64,000 nt of DNA. It comes from Alphaproteobacteria bacterium. Lineage in GTDB: Bacteria; Pseudomonadota; Alphaproteobacteria; JAAXGF01. The translations under genes were made by a program, and so were the position numbers. The first letter of the stretch is position 1. Each line of letters opens with the position of its first letter. This document shows positions 28,667-39,101 of this stretch, one piece after another. The stretch covers positions 512,001-576,000 of the forward strand of contig CAUVXB020000001.1 in NCBI GenBank assembly GCA_963555825.3, written 5' to 3'. The notes beneath the pieces are model-generated. The model was given only the letters and a program-made list of their open reading frames with translations, was not told the origin of the DNA and did no database searches.

Positions 28667-30583
28667 ATGACAGGGCGATTCGACGATATTTTCACGCGTT
28701 CGCTGGCCGATCCGGAAGGATTCTGGGGCGAGGTCGCCGAGACCGTCCACTGGAACAGGCGTTGGGACAAGGTGCTCGACGACAGCAATCCGCCGTTCTA
28801 CCGCTGGTTCGTCGGCGCCGAGGTCAACAGCTGCTACAACGCCCTCGACCTCCACGTCGAGACCGGCCGCGCCGACCAGGCGGCGCTGATCTACGACAGC
28901 CCGGTGACCGGCACGGTGCGCAGCTACACGTACCGCGAGCTGCGCGACGAGGTCGCCCTGTTCGCCGGCGTGCTGGCCGACCAGGGCGTCGGCAAGGGCG
29001 ACCGGGTGATCCTATACATGCCGATGGTGGCCGAGGCGGCCATCGCCATGCTCGCCTGTGCCCGCCTGGGCGCGGTGCATTCGGTGGTGTTCGGCGGCTT
29101 CGCGGCCAACGAGCTCGCCGTGCGCATCGACGATTGCACGCCCAAGGTCATCGTCTCGGCGTCCTGCGGCGTCGAGGTCAACCGGGTGATCGCCTACAAG
29201 CCGCTGCTCGACGAGGCGATCCGCCTCGCCAGCCACAAGCCCGACGGCTGCATCATCCTGCAGCGGCCGATGGAACCGGCGACGATGGAAGCCAGCCGCG
29301 ACGTCGACTGGGCCGACGCGGTCGCCGCCGCGAGCCCGCGCGACTGCGTGCCGGTCGGCGCCAACGATCCGCTCTACATCCTCTATACCTCGGGCACGAC
29401 CGGCGAGCCCAAGGGCGTGGTGCGCGACAACGGCGGCCACATCGTCGCGCTCAAATGGACCATGACGAACATCTACGGCGTCGCGCCGGGCGAGGTCTAT
29501 TGGGCGGCCTCCGACGTCGGCTGGGTGGTCGGCCACTCGTATATCGTCTACGCGCCGCTGTTCAACGGCAACACGACCATCCTCTACGAGGGCAAGCCGG
29601 TCGGCACGCCCGACGCCGGCGCCTTCTGGCGCGTCATCGCCGACCACAAGGTGGCGGCGATGTTCACCGCGCCGACCGCGTTCCGCGCGATCAAGAAAGA
29701 GGACCCCGAGGGCAAGCTGATCGGCGATTACGACCTGTCGAACTTCCGCACCCTGTTCCTCGCCGGCGAACGCACCGACCCCGACACGCTGCACTGGGCC
29801 GAGGACAAGTTGGGCGTGCCGGTGATCGACCACTGGTGGCAGACCGAGACCGGTTGGTCGATCTGCGCCAACTGCATCGGCATCGAGCCCTTGCCGATCA
29901 AGGAAGGCTCGCCGACCAAACCGGTGCCGGGTGTCGACGTGCGCGTGCTCGACGAAGCGGGCAACGAGGCCAAACCCGGCGAGATCGGCGCGCTGACCAT
30001 CAAGCTGCCGCTGCCGCCGGGTACCTTCACCACGCTGTGGGGCGCCGACCAGCGTTTCATCGATTCCTACATGGCGCATTTCCCGGGTTACTACGAGACG
30101 GCCGACGCTGGCTTCATCGACGAGGACGGCTATGTCTTCGTCATGTCGCGCACCGACGACATCATCAACGTCGCCGGCCACCGCCTGTCGACCGGTGGGA
30201 TGGAAGAGGTGCTGGCGGCGCATCCGGACGTCGCCGAATGCGCCGTGGTCGGCGTCGCCGACCAACTCAAGGGCCAGCTGCCGGTCGGCTTCCTGGTGCT
30301 TAGCGCGGGCGTCGATCGCGACCACGCCGAGATCGTCGCCGAGGTCATCGCCATGGTTCGCAAGCGGATCGGACCGGTCGCCGCGTTCAAGTCGGCGGCG
30401 GTCGTCGCGCGGCTGCCCAAGACGCGCTCGGGCAAGATCCTGCGCGGCACGATGCAGAAGATCGCCGACTGCGAGGACTACAAGATGCCGGCGACGATCG
30501 ACGACCCGGCGATCCTCGACGAGATCGCCGAAGCGCTCACCGGCATCGGCTACGCCGGCGCGCGGAGCGCCGCCGCCGACTGA
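28667..30583 (+). CDS. prpE: propionyl-CoA synthetase
   Basis: YTSGTTGEPKG, AASDVGWVVGHSY, DHWWQTETG, LPKTRSGKILR, PATIDDP. Confidence 0.9.
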   Translation: MTGRFDDIFTRSLADPEGFWGEVAETVHWNRRWDKVLDDSNPPFYRWFVGAEVNSCYNALDLHVETGRADQAALIYDSPVTGTVRSYTYRELRDEVALFAGVLADQGVGKGDRVILYMPMVAEAAIAMLACARLGAVHSVVFGGFAANELAVRIDDCTPKVIVSASCGVEVNRVIAYKPLLDEAIRLASHKPDGCIILQRPMEPATMEASRDVDWADAVAAASPRDCVPVGANDPLYILYTSGTTGEPKGVVRDNGGHIVALKWTMTNIYGVAPGEVYWAASDVGWVVGHSYIVYAPLFNGNTTILYEGKPVGTPDAGAFWRVIADHKVAAMFTAPTAFRAIKKEDPEGKLIGDYDLSNFRTLFLAGERTDPDTLHWAEDKLGVPVIDHWWQTETGWSICANCIGIEPLPIKEGSPTKPVPGVDVRVLDEAGNEAKPGEIGALTIKLPLPPGTFTTLWGADQRFIDSYMAHFPGYYETADAGFIDEDGYVFVMSRTDDIINVAGHRLSTGGMEEVLAAHPDVAECAVVGVADQLKGQLPVGFLVLSAGVDRDHAEIVAEVIAMVRKRIGPVAAFKSAAVVARLPKTRSGKILRGTMQKIADCEDYKMPATIDDPAILDEIAEALTGIGYAGARSAAAD

Positions 30584-30630
30584 TCAGACGCTAAGCGCCA
30601 TGCCGTCGTGGCCGGGGTCGGCGCCGCCCG
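30482..30630 (+). repeat. 149-bp direct repeat, copy 1 (prpE 3' end + ggt 3' end)
   Basis: Matches 33803..33951 with two differences seen (GAA/GAG, GAC/GAT). Confidence 0.92.
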
Positions 30631-31308
30631 GCCACGCCCTTTCGTTGATGCGGATGCCGTGGATGGCGGCAAATGTCGCTAGCAATTAGCTTGGCGTTGC
30701 CTGCCGGATGACCGAGGCGGTCGCGCCGGAGCGTCAATTTTCCTTTCGACCAGAGAATATACCTATACAATACCTAAAGGTTGTTCGCCAAATTGTAGAA
30801 TCTTGCTCGAACCTTGTAATCGCGTGCTGTTCGGGTCTGCCAAAATGTCGATCGCTTGAATCGCGTTGGCGGACGAGCCGAGTCATTGCGAACGTGAAGC
30901 AATCCTTGAGACGGGAGAGAGCGTATGGTCGCGAATTGGGAGGGGAGTATCGTTTCCTTTCCTATGGTGGTCGTTCGGCCAAAGACAGCCGAGGAAATCG
31001 CGGCGATCATTGGGAATACGGATGACTATCCTTCGCCCGTGCGCGCCGTGGGTTCGAACCACTCGACGACTCATTGCGGAGTCGCCGACAAGGGCACCCT
31101 AATCGAAATGTCCGCGTTCCAGGACGTCAGGATTGACAAGCAAAACATGACAGTTACCGCGGGGGCGGGTGCGCTTTACATAGACGTTGCGCATAAGCTC
31201 GCTCAAGAGAACCTGCAGTTCTACGTCAACGTCGAACTTGGGAACCTGAGCGTTGGCAGTGCTGCGTGCGGTGGCACCAAGGATGCTTCAATGCCCGGGG
31301 ACGACGAG

Positions 31309-32740
31309 GGGGATGTATTTGTTGAAACTTTGAATTAGGGTGGCGTTGCTTCCCCTGAGCCGTAGGCTCGGGGTGCTTAAACCAAGAAAGGAAGCAACAC
31401 CATGAAGACGACTACCACATCCGCGACCGCGCTGGCCAGTGCGGCGAATGTTCACGCCCTTGTTAAAGAGGCCTTTGACGCGGTCGGGGCGAGCTTTGAG
31501 CGGTTCTGCCTGATGGCTGGCATTGAAAGCCTGACACAGATGCTGGGAGAAGACGTGGACACGCTTGCGGGTGGGCGATATGAGCACCGTCCAGACAAGC
31601 CTGGCTACCGATGGGGTCAGGCCAAGGCGCAGGTTGGGTTCCATGGGGGCAAGATCGAAGTTGATCGCCCGCGTGTCCGCAACAAGGCGACGGGTAAAGA
31701 GATGACGCTGCCGAGTTGGGAAGAGATTGCCGCTGGCGGCTTTCTCGATCAGTGGGCCGTGAACCTGATGGTGATGAACGTCGCGACCCGACAATTTGGC
31801 CGGGCGGTGCGCCTGCCGGAAGCCCGGGTTCCGGCACAAGTTGGCAGCGGGCTTTCAAAGTCTGCGGTCTCACGTCGCTTCAAGGCCCTGACGCAGGCGC
31901 ATTTCAATGATTGGATGGGGTCCGATCTGTCCGAGCACGACATCATTGCGATCCAGATCGACGGACTGCATCTGGACGATCGCCTATTGATGATCGGAGC
32001 CGTCGGCATTGACGTTTTGGGGGAAAAGCACCCTCTGGGCGTCATTGAGGGGGCCACAGAGAACACCGCTACCGTGCAGGCCCTGCTCGATAACCTGATT
32101 GAGCGCGGCCTTGATCCGGAGGGCTGTTACCTCTTCATCGTGGACGGTGCCAAAGCGCTCACCAAGGCCATCCGGCGTACCTTCGGCGCAGACATCCCCA
32201 TTCAGCGTTGCCAGATCCACAAGGCTCGCAACATTACCGACAGGCTCGACCCGAAGCATCACGCAGCTGTGCGACGTGCTCTGAAGCAGGCATGGGAACT
32301 GGATGACGCCGACAAGGCTGAGCGCTTGATGCGCAATCTGGCGCGGAGGCTGGAGATGGAAGCGCCGGATGTGTCGAAATCGATCCTCGAAGGCATCGAT
32401 GAAATCCTGACTGTCGTCAGACTTGGCCTTCCGTTGGAATTGCGGCGCTCACTGGCCAGTACCAACATCATTGAATCCATGAACAGCGTTATCCGCCGCG
32501 TCTGCCGAAATGTGAAGCGCTGGCGGGATGCAAAAATGGCCTTGCGCTGGACTTCCGCCGGGATGTTCGAAGCGCAGAAAGGCTTTCGCCGCATCAAAGC
32601 ATACAAGCAACTGCCCATTCTCAAGCAAGCTCTCATCGATCACCGCGAAAAAGCCAAACTTGACCAGTTGAAGGACGCAGCATAACCTCCCATCAAGCAG
32701 CGCCGCTCAGGCGAGTTTCAACACAGACTGGGACATTCCC
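31309..32740 (+). mobile_element. IS256-family element, target duplication CGACGAG
   Basis: Ends GGGGATGT...GTTGAAACT and AGTTTCAAC...ACATTCCC; CGACGAG at 31302-31308 and 32741-32747. Confidence 0.9.
31402..32685 (+). CDS. IS256 (mutator) transposase
   Basis: IQIDG, IVDGAKAL, QRCQIHK, STNIIES. Confidence 0.92.
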   Translation: MKTTTTSATALASAANVHALVKEAFDAVGASFERFCLMAGIESLTQMLGEDVDTLAGGRYEHRPDKPGYRWGQAKAQVGFHGGKIEVDRPRVRNKATGKEMTLPSWEEIAAGGFLDQWAVNLMVMNVATRQFGRAVRLPEARVPAQVGSGLSKSAVSRRFKALTQAHFNDWMGSDLSEHDIIAIQIDGLHLDDRLLMIGAVGIDVLGEKHPLGVIEGATENTATVQALLDNLIERGLDPEGCYLFIVDGAKALTKAIRRTFGADIPIQRCQIHKARNITDRLDPKHHAAVRRALKQAWELDDADKAERLMRNLARRLEMEAPDVSKSILEGIDEILTVVRLGLPLELRRSLASTNIIESMNSVIRRVCRNVKRWRDAKMALRWTSAGMFEAQKGFRRIKAYKQLPILKQALIDHREKAKLDQLKDAA

Positions 32741-33802
32741 CGACGAGTACGGGCAAGTCAGCTCATATGCGATAGGCATGAAGATTGTCGAACCCGATTG
32801 CAATCTTGGCGAAGTGAGCGAGGCCGACGGTGATCGGCTTAAGATGATGCGTTCCAGCTATGGTTTGCTCGGTATCATCTACGAGGCTACGTTCAGGGTC
32901 AGGGCGATGGAGCCTCTCGCGGTAAGGCACAAGACGTACCGATTGGGCGAATTCCAGGACAAATTCAACGACGAAATTCTAAACAACAAAGACGAATCAA
33001 TGATGCTCTACCTGTTCCCATTCTTGAATCGCATAACTGTTGAGTTCCGCCGGTATGATCGTGATGGGGCGGTCGGTAAAATAGATACTTTCTTATGGAC
33101 ATTGAGAAACTGGGTATTGAAATTGTTTGCGCCTGCATTTGGTCATTATGTTACAAAATTCGTTCCAATAAAATTTTTAAGATACCTAATGATTGACTGG
33201 TTCAACCGATTGATCGTGGTTGTCCTGAACGCTTTGGCAAAGCCAAACACGGCCGCTCACAATCAAATAATCCTTTACCCTCCCAAGAGCGGGGTCAGCA
33301 AATATACGTTCAGTATCTGGGCCTTTCCTGAAAAAGACTACCCAGTCTTGCTGGGTAAGTATTTTGAATTCTGTCGAAATTATTATAAGGAAACGGGTTT
33401 TCGGTGCAACATGCTCAACGTCGGCTATAGGATCAAACAGGACACCAACTCTTGGTTTCCCTATTCATCGGAGCATCCGGTTATGACGTTGGACCCGGTC
33501 TCCACGGGACCCCTTGGGTGGGAAACCTTCCTCACCGCCTTCAACGATTTTTGTAGCGAGCACCACGGCGTACCTCTGTTCAACCAGACGAAATGGATTA
33601 CGCGCCATCAGGCCCGGAAGGCCTTTGGCGTACGGCTCGAGCAATTCGAACAGGAGCGGCGCGGGCTAGATCCGAAAGGGCGTCTACTGAACGAATACTT
33701 TCGGGAGAAGCTGAGTTAAACCCGCATCGTTTCAGGGCTTGGTGGGTGGCGACGGTGCCCGTGCGTGTTCGTCCGAGTGGCTTCCGACATGAGATTTGGA
33801 AT

Positions 33803-33951
33803 AAGATGCCGGCGACGATCGACGACCCGGCGATCCTCGACGAGATCGCCGAGGCGCTCACCGGCATCGGCTACGCCGGCGCGCGGAGCGCCGCCGCCGA
33901 TTGATCAGACGCTAAGCGCCATGCCGTCGTGGCCGGGGTCGGCGCCGCCCG
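33803..33951 (+). repeat. 149-bp direct repeat, copy 2
   Basis: See 30482..30630. Confidence 0.92.
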
Positions 33952-35512
33952 ATACCTTGCCGTCGTCGATCCGGATGCCGTGCACGGCGGCGAAGGCGTA
34001 GCCGAGGTAGCTGCGGATGACCTCGTAGCCCTGAGCCTCCAACTCGGCCGTCACGTATTTCGGTATCCGGTTCGAGACGTCGATCGCGTCGCTGGTTGCC
34101 GAAAAGCGCGGCGCCGAGACCGCGTCGGACATCGACATGTCGAAATCGAGTACGTTGAGGATCGCCTGCAGCACACCCATGGCGATCTGGGTGCCGCCTG
34201 GCGCGCCGATAACGATGTGCGGCGTTCCGTCCTTGAAGATGATGGTCGGGCAGATCGACGAGAAGCGGCTGCGCCCCGGCGTGATCGAGCCGGCGCGTCC
34301 CGGGCGCGGATCGAAGACCGCCATGCAGCCGTTGTACATGAAGCCGAGCCCGTCGGTGACGACGCCCGAGGGCATGCCCAGCGAGTGCGTCATCGAGACC
34401 GCGTTGCCGTCGGCGTCGATCACCGAGACATGCGTCGTGTTGGCCGATTCGGGGGTTGCCTCGAAGCGCGCGACATGCGCCTTCTCGCCGCGTTGAATGG
34501 CCTGCGCCAGCTCGGCCGCGTAGTCCCTGCTGGTGAGCTCGTCGATCGGCACCTTGACGAAGGCGGGGTCGCCGACGCGGGTGTCCTTGTCGACCGTCGC
34601 GCGTTTCATCGCCTCGCTCACCACGCGGATGTATTCGGGCGCGTTGTGGCCCAGGCCGGCGAGGTCGAAATTCTCGAGAATGTTGAGCATCTCGATCAGC
34701 ATGATGCCGCCGCCCGGCGGTTGGTTGGTGGCGATACGGCAGCCACGGTATTCGCCGGTCAACGGCTCGACCCGGACGGTCTTGTAGTCGCGCAAATCGT
34801 CGAGCGACAGCAGGCCGCCGTTGGCCGCCATGTCGGCGGCGATTCGTTCGCCGATCTCGCCCGCATAGAAGACGTCGGCGCCGTGCTCGGCGATCAGACG
34901 CAACGAACCTGCCATGTCGGGATTGGTGATGTGCGTGCCGGGGCGCAGCGGCTCGCCGTCGGCGTCGCAATAGAGGCGGCGGCCGGCCGGCGTACACCGC
35001 GCGCGGTCGGCGTTCGCCGCGCGGCCCATGTCGTTCTGATCGGTCCAGAAGCGGTAGACGTGGGGGCGCACGACGAATCCCGCCTCGGCCTGCGCGATGG
35101 CCGGCTGCACGACGTCTTTCCAGTCCATCGTGCCGAACTCGGCGATGGCTTCTTCGTAAGCGCGCAGCGAGCCGGGAACGGTGATCGCCTGATAGCCGAT
35201 GTCGTTGACCTTGCCGCGCAGGATGAAGCCGAAGCCGTCACGCGCCTCGCCCTCGATCAACTCGGCCCACATGTCGGGCGTCGCGGCGCCGGGCACGCGG
35301 CCGTGGAAGTCGATGCAGGTGTGGATGTTCTTGGCCGGCAGGTGAACCTGCAGGCTGCCGAACCCGGCGATGCCGGCCATGAACGGGTCGACCACGCCTT
35401 GCACCAGGCCGCAGGTGATCGCCGCGTCGACGGCGTTGCCGCCGCCCTGCAGGACGACGGCGCCCGCCTCGACCGCCTCGGGTTGGGGCGCCACGATCAT
35501 GCCTTGCGCCAT
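33905..35512 (-). CDS. ggt: gamma-glutamyltransferase family protein
   Basis: GGNAVDAA, NTTHVSV (nucleophile Thr), GAPGG, GGADP; GAGGAGG RBS. Confidence 0.88.
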   Translation of the reverse strand: MAQGMIVAPQPEAVEAGAVVLQGGGNAVDAAITCGLVQGVVDPFMAGIAGFGSLQVHLPAKNIHTCIDFHGRVPGAATPDMWAELIEGEARDGFGFILRGKVNDIGYQAITVPGSLRAYEEAIAEFGTMDWKDVVQPAIAQAEAGFVVRPHVYRFWTDQNDMGRAANADRARCTPAGRRLYCDADGEPLRPGTHITNPDMAGSLRLIAEHGADVFYAGEIGERIAADMAANGGLLSLDDLRDYKTVRVEPLTGEYRGCRIATNQPPGGGIMLIEMLNILENFDLAGLGHNAPEYIRVVSEAMKRATVDKDTRVGDPAFVKVPIDELTSRDYAAELAQAIQRGEKAHVARFEATPESANTTHVSVIDADGNAVSMTHSLGMPSGVVTDGLGFMYNGCMAVFDPRPGRAGSITPGRSRFSSICPTIIFKDGTPHIVIGAPGGTQIAMGVLQAILNVLDFDMSMSDAVSAPRFSATSDAIDVSNRIPKYVTAELEAQGYEVIRSYLGYAFAAVHGIRIDDGKVSGGADPGHDGMALSV

Positions 35513-35623
35513 GTTGCCTCCTCGGCTTCGTGTGTTGTCTTGTCGATAGTATGGTTGCGTCGTCGGCCGGCGTCCAGCGGCGGGCAAGGTTACCCGCCCG
35601 ACATGGTCGTCGAGGCGTGGAGC

Positions 35624-36253
35624 TCAGGCGGGTTCCGCGACCGCGAGCCGTTCGCCGAGGATCAGCACGAGGTCGCTGCGGACCAGATGCGCCATCTCTT
35701 GGTCGGTCATGGCATCGTTGGCGATGAACTCGATGAAGCGGGCGTTCTGGAGTTTGAATAAGGTTTCACCAACCGCCGCGCAGTCACGCACCCCGCGCAA
35801 CACCCCGCGGCGCTTGAGGGTTTCGAGCAGGCGGCCGAGAAGGCGGGCCATCTCGCGGTCCAGTTCGGCGAAGGCGTGACCGAAATGCGAGCTGCCCTCG
35901 ATCACACTGGTCGCGATGACGTAGCGCCAAATCGGCCTGTCGAGGTAGCTGAGCACATGATCGCGGATCGTCTCGGCGAAGCGCGTGATGGCTTCGATCG
36001 GGTCGTCGGGCGCTTCGCCCAGCATCTGATTGATCTTGGTGATCAAGATGTCGTCGCTCTGCGCGACCAGCGCCAGAAGCAGACCCCGCTTGGTGCCATA
36101 GTAGTTGTAGATGGTCACCGCCGACACCTCGGCCGTCACGGCGATCGCCTCGATGGTCGCGGCCTCGTAACCGCTCGCCAGGAAGTGATGGCGCGCGGCA
36201 TCCAAAATGCGCCTGCGCCGCCCCGCCTTTTGATGCTCCCGCAATCCCACCAT
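35624..36253 (-). CDS. TetR/AcrR family regulator
   Basis: GLREHQK...ILDAARHHF...ATIEAIA..AEVSAVTIYNYYGTK. Confidence 0.92.
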   Translation of the reverse strand: MVGLREHQKAGRRRRILDAARHHFLASGYEAATIEAIAVTAEVSAVTIYNYYGTKRGLLLALVAQSDDILITKINQMLGEAPDDPIEAITRFAETIRDHVLSYLDRPIWRYVIATSVIEGSSHFGHAFAELDREMARLLGRLLETLKRRGVLRGVRDCAAVGETLFKLQNARFIEFIANDAMTDQEMAHLVRSDLVLILGERLAVAEPA

Positions 36254-36310
36254 GACACCATCGTCGCGTTGGATGAATTCGCAGTATGCACAAAATTTGT
36301 GTGGACCCAA

Positions 36311-36340
36311 AATTTTTAGTCAGCTAAATTTCTAAAAATT
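36311..36340. promoter_or_regulatory. AT-rich palindrome, candidate TetR operator in a divergent promoter
   Basis: AATTTTTAG-N12-CTAAAAATT. Confidence 0.5.
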
Positions 36341-36343
36341 GAA

Positions 36344-37063
36344 GGGGCTGTCCTAGCTAAGCGGCATGCTTAGGCTAGGATGGCGGGATGTACGAGAGGA
36401 AAAGCCGGCTCAGTGATTGGAAGCGCGGTCGTCTGATTGAGCACTTCGTTGCGGGTACGACGGCTCGGGCAGCAGCCGAACTGGTTGGCGTCCACCGGAA
36501 CACGGCGGCCTCGTTTTATACTCGGCTTCGCAAGGTGATTGCCGAGGAAATGGAGAAGGCCTCGCCTTTTGCCGGAGAGATCGAGGTTGATGAGAGTTAT
36601 TTTGGCGGCCGCCGCAAAGGCAAGCGGGGTCGAGGCGCTGGCGGAAAAGTCCCGGTTTTCGGGCTTTTGAAGCGAGGTGGGAAGGTCTACACGGCGATGA
36701 TTCCCAATGCCCGGACTGCCACGTTGATGCCGATTATGGAGCGTATGATCCGGCCTGACAGCATCGTCTATACGGACGGCTTTTCGAGCTATGATGCCCT
36801 GGACGTTTCGGACTTCCACCATGTTCGGATCAATCACTCGGAGCGGTTCGTCGACGAGCGGAGCCATATCAACGGGATCGAGAACTTCTGGAACCAGGCG
36901 AAGCGGCATTTACGGCGCTTCAATGGCGTCCCGAAACAGAGCTTTCACCTGTTCCTCAAGGAGTGCGAATGGCGGTTCAACGGAGGTGACCACCGAGAAC
37001 TGCTTAACCAATTGAAGACATGGATTATTTTGAGACAGAAACGCCCTTAGCTAGGACAGCCCG
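36344..37063 (+). mobile_element. IS1595-family (IS1016-like) element, 8-bp target duplication
   Basis: Inverted repeat GGGCTGTCCTAGCTAAG; AAATTGAA at 36336-36343 and 37064-37071. Confidence 0.92.
36388..37050 (+). CDS. IS1595 transposase
   Basis: EVDESYFGG, VYTDG, HINGIENFW, LKECEWRFN. Confidence 0.93.
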   Translation: MYERKSRLSDWKRGRLIEHFVAGTTARAAAELVGVHRNTAASFYTRLRKVIAEEMEKASPFAGEIEVDESYFGGRRKGKRGRGAGGKVPVFGLLKRGGKVYTAMIPNARTATLMPIMERMIRPDSIVYTDGFSSYDALDVSDFHHVRINHSERFVDERSHINGIENFWNQAKRHLRRFNGVPKQSFHLFLKECEWRFNGGDHRELLNQLKTWIILRQKRP

Positions 37064-37218
37064 AAATTGAATTGGACGCAGGAATGTATGATCATCCAGT
37101 CGCGACCAATGACGAATCGGTCGGGAGCAATCCGGCTCGCGCCGATAATTATGTACGGCGGGGTTCGCTGCCAACATCGTCGCATAAAGCGAAAAGGGAG
37201 GAAATTGGTATAAAGCTA

Positions 37219-38229
37219 TTGAAAAAGCTTTCTTTTTGTGCGGTTTCGGCATTGGCCTTTGCCCTTATCGCGGCAACGCCGATTTTGCCGGCGAAGGCCG
37301 CTGAACTCATCAAATGCGCCTATCCCTACTGGTTCGGTTTCGCGCCGACCATGGTGGCGGAAAAGCTCGGCTACTTCGCCGAAGAGGGTGTCGAGGTCAC
37401 TTGGGTGTTCGACAACGACCGGGCCAATGTCTATCCGGCGCTCGACACCAACGAGATCAACTGCACCATGCGCACCATCGGCGAGCACATGTCGCGCCCG
37501 CTTACACCCGATTCAAACCTCGTGGTGATCGGCGTGATCGACGTTTCGGTCGGCGCCGACGGCGTGGTCGGCGCTGCCGGCATCGACAAGGCCACCGACC
37601 TCATCGGCAAGATATTCGCCGGCGAGATCAACCATCCGGGCACGGTGATGGTGGCCCATGCCCTGAAGCAGGCCGGTCACAGCCTCGAGGAGGTCGACAT
37701 GCGGCTGATCGCCACCGACGACGCCGCGGCGGTGTTCGAGGACTCCGAAGTCGCCGCCGTGGCGACCTGGGAGCCGATGCTGAGCGAGATCGTCGCCAAC
37801 ACCTCGCGCGAAGGCGCGCGCATCCTGCTGTCGTCGGCCGACTTCAACGGCCTGATCACCGACGTGGTTATCGTCAACAAGCAGGATTATGCCGCCAACC
37901 GCGCCAAGTATGAGACCCTGATGCGCGGCATCTACCGGGCAGTCGATCTGTACAAGAACGACCCGGACAAGTTCCTGGCGGTGGCGGCGCCGACCTACGA
38001 CGTCACCCCCGACGTCATGGCCGGCGATCTGGGCGGCGTCTACTACACCACTTACGAGGACGCCCTCGAGTTCTTCGGCATCGGTGGCCAGTCGCCCAAG
38101 CTGGCCGGCGTCATCGAAAGTCTCAACGATATCAACGTCGATCTCGACCTGATGGACGCGCCCATCAATTTCGACGTGATGGTCGATGCCACCCTGACCG
38201 ACGGCCTATTCGACGGCCACAAGCGTTAG
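37219..38229 (+). CDS. ABC substrate-binding protein (SsuA/NMT1-like); start uncertain
   Basis: Signal peptide (LKKLSF...AKA); WFGFAP, SVGADG, TWEP. Confidence 0.85.
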   Translation: MKKLSFCAVSALAFALIAATPILPAKAAELIKCAYPYWFGFAPTMVAEKLGYFAEEGVEVTWVFDNDRANVYPALDTNEINCTMRTIGEHMSRPLTPDSNLVVIGVIDVSVGADGVVGAAGIDKATDLIGKIFAGEINHPGTVMVAHALKQAGHSLEEVDMRLIATDDAAAVFEDSEVAAVATWEPMLSEIVANTSREGARILLSSADFNGLITDVVIVNKQDYAANRAKYETLMRGIYRAVDLYKNDPDKFLAVAAPTYDVTPDVMAGDLGGVYYTTYEDALEFFGIGGQSPKLAGVIESLNDINVDLDLMDAPINFDVMVDATLTDGLFDGHKR

Positions 38230-38305
38230 TCCTGTTCCTGGACGGGCCCGGGCGGTACTCTGCCACCCGGGCCCCTGGGGGGCGCGCAGCAGCGACGGGT
38301 AAGAC

Positions 38306-39091
38306 GTGAAATTCCGCGACCTCTTCATCTACCGGGGGACCAGCACCAGTCGCTCCGACGCGATGCTGGCGGTCTGTGCCTTCGTCGGCTTCATCGGTTT
38401 CTGGTACGCCATCTCCCAGGTCGAAATCGTGCCCCAGCGCTTCCTGCCGCTGCCCTGGAAGGTGGTGACGGCGCTCTATGTCATGCTGGCCGAGCAGAAC
38501 TTTATCGAGGACATCTGGATCAGCGTGGCGCGGGTCTGGAGTGCCTTTCTGATGTCGGCGGTGATGGCCATCCCCATCGGCATCTGGATGTCGAGCTACC
38601 GCATCGTCGGCACCCTGACCGAACCGATCGTCGATTTCATCCGCTACCTGCCGGTGCCGGCGCTGGTGCCGCTGCTGATCATCTGGTTCGGCATCGGCGA
38701 GACCTCGAAGATCGCGGTGCTCTGGATGGGCACCTTCTTCCAGCTCGTGCTGCTGATCGCCGACGATGCCAAGCGGGTGCCGCGCGAGTTCGTCGAGACC
38801 GGCTTTACCTTGGGCGCAAGGTCCGGGCAGATCACCTGGCATATCGTCTTCCGCTCGATGCTGCCCAGCGTGGTCGACAATTTGCGTATCACCTTGGGAT
38901 GGTGCTGGACCTATATCATCATCGCCGAGATCGTCGCCGCCAACGCCGGCATCGGCCATGCCATCTGGTCGGCGCGGCGCTTCGTAAAGACTCCCGAGGT
39001 GATGGCTGGCATCCTCACCGTCGGCGTCATCGGCCTGTTGACCGACCAGGCAATCCGCTTCGCCCATCGCCGCTACTTCCGCTATCTCTGA
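38306..39091 (+). CDS. ABC permease (SsuC/TauC-like)
   Basis: FIRYLPVPALVPL..WFGIGE, AEIVAA. Confidence 0.9.
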   Translation: MKFRDLFIYRGTSTSRSDAMLAVCAFVGFIGFWYAISQVEIVPQRFLPLPWKVVTALYVMLAEQNFIEDIWISVARVWSAFLMSAVMAIPIGIWMSSYRIVGTLTEPIVDFIRYLPVPALVPLLIIWFGIGETSKIAVLWMGTFFQLVLLIADDAKRVPREFVETGFTLGARSGQITWHIVFRSMLPSVVDNLRITLGWCWTYIIIAEIVAANAGIGHAIWSARRFVKTPEVMAGILTVGVIGLLTDQAIRFAHRRYFRYL

Positions 39092-39101
39092 GGGGCGCGG
39101 C

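Larger units (their letters stand above)
30925..33719 (+). pseudogene. low-GC FAD-binding oxidoreductase (sugar-lactone oxidase/ALO-like) interrupted by IS256
   Basis: NWEG...RAVGSNHS...AGAG...ACGGTKD. Removing the IS and one target copy restores MPGDDEYGQVSSYAIGMKIV...SYGLLGII...LDPKGRLLNEY in frame. Confidence 0.85.

Noticed and set aside
38243-38274. Hairpin between binding-protein and permease genes as a novel RNA
   Set aside because: An ordinary intercistronic stabilising stem (GGGCCCGGG...CCCGGGCCC) typical of ABC operons.
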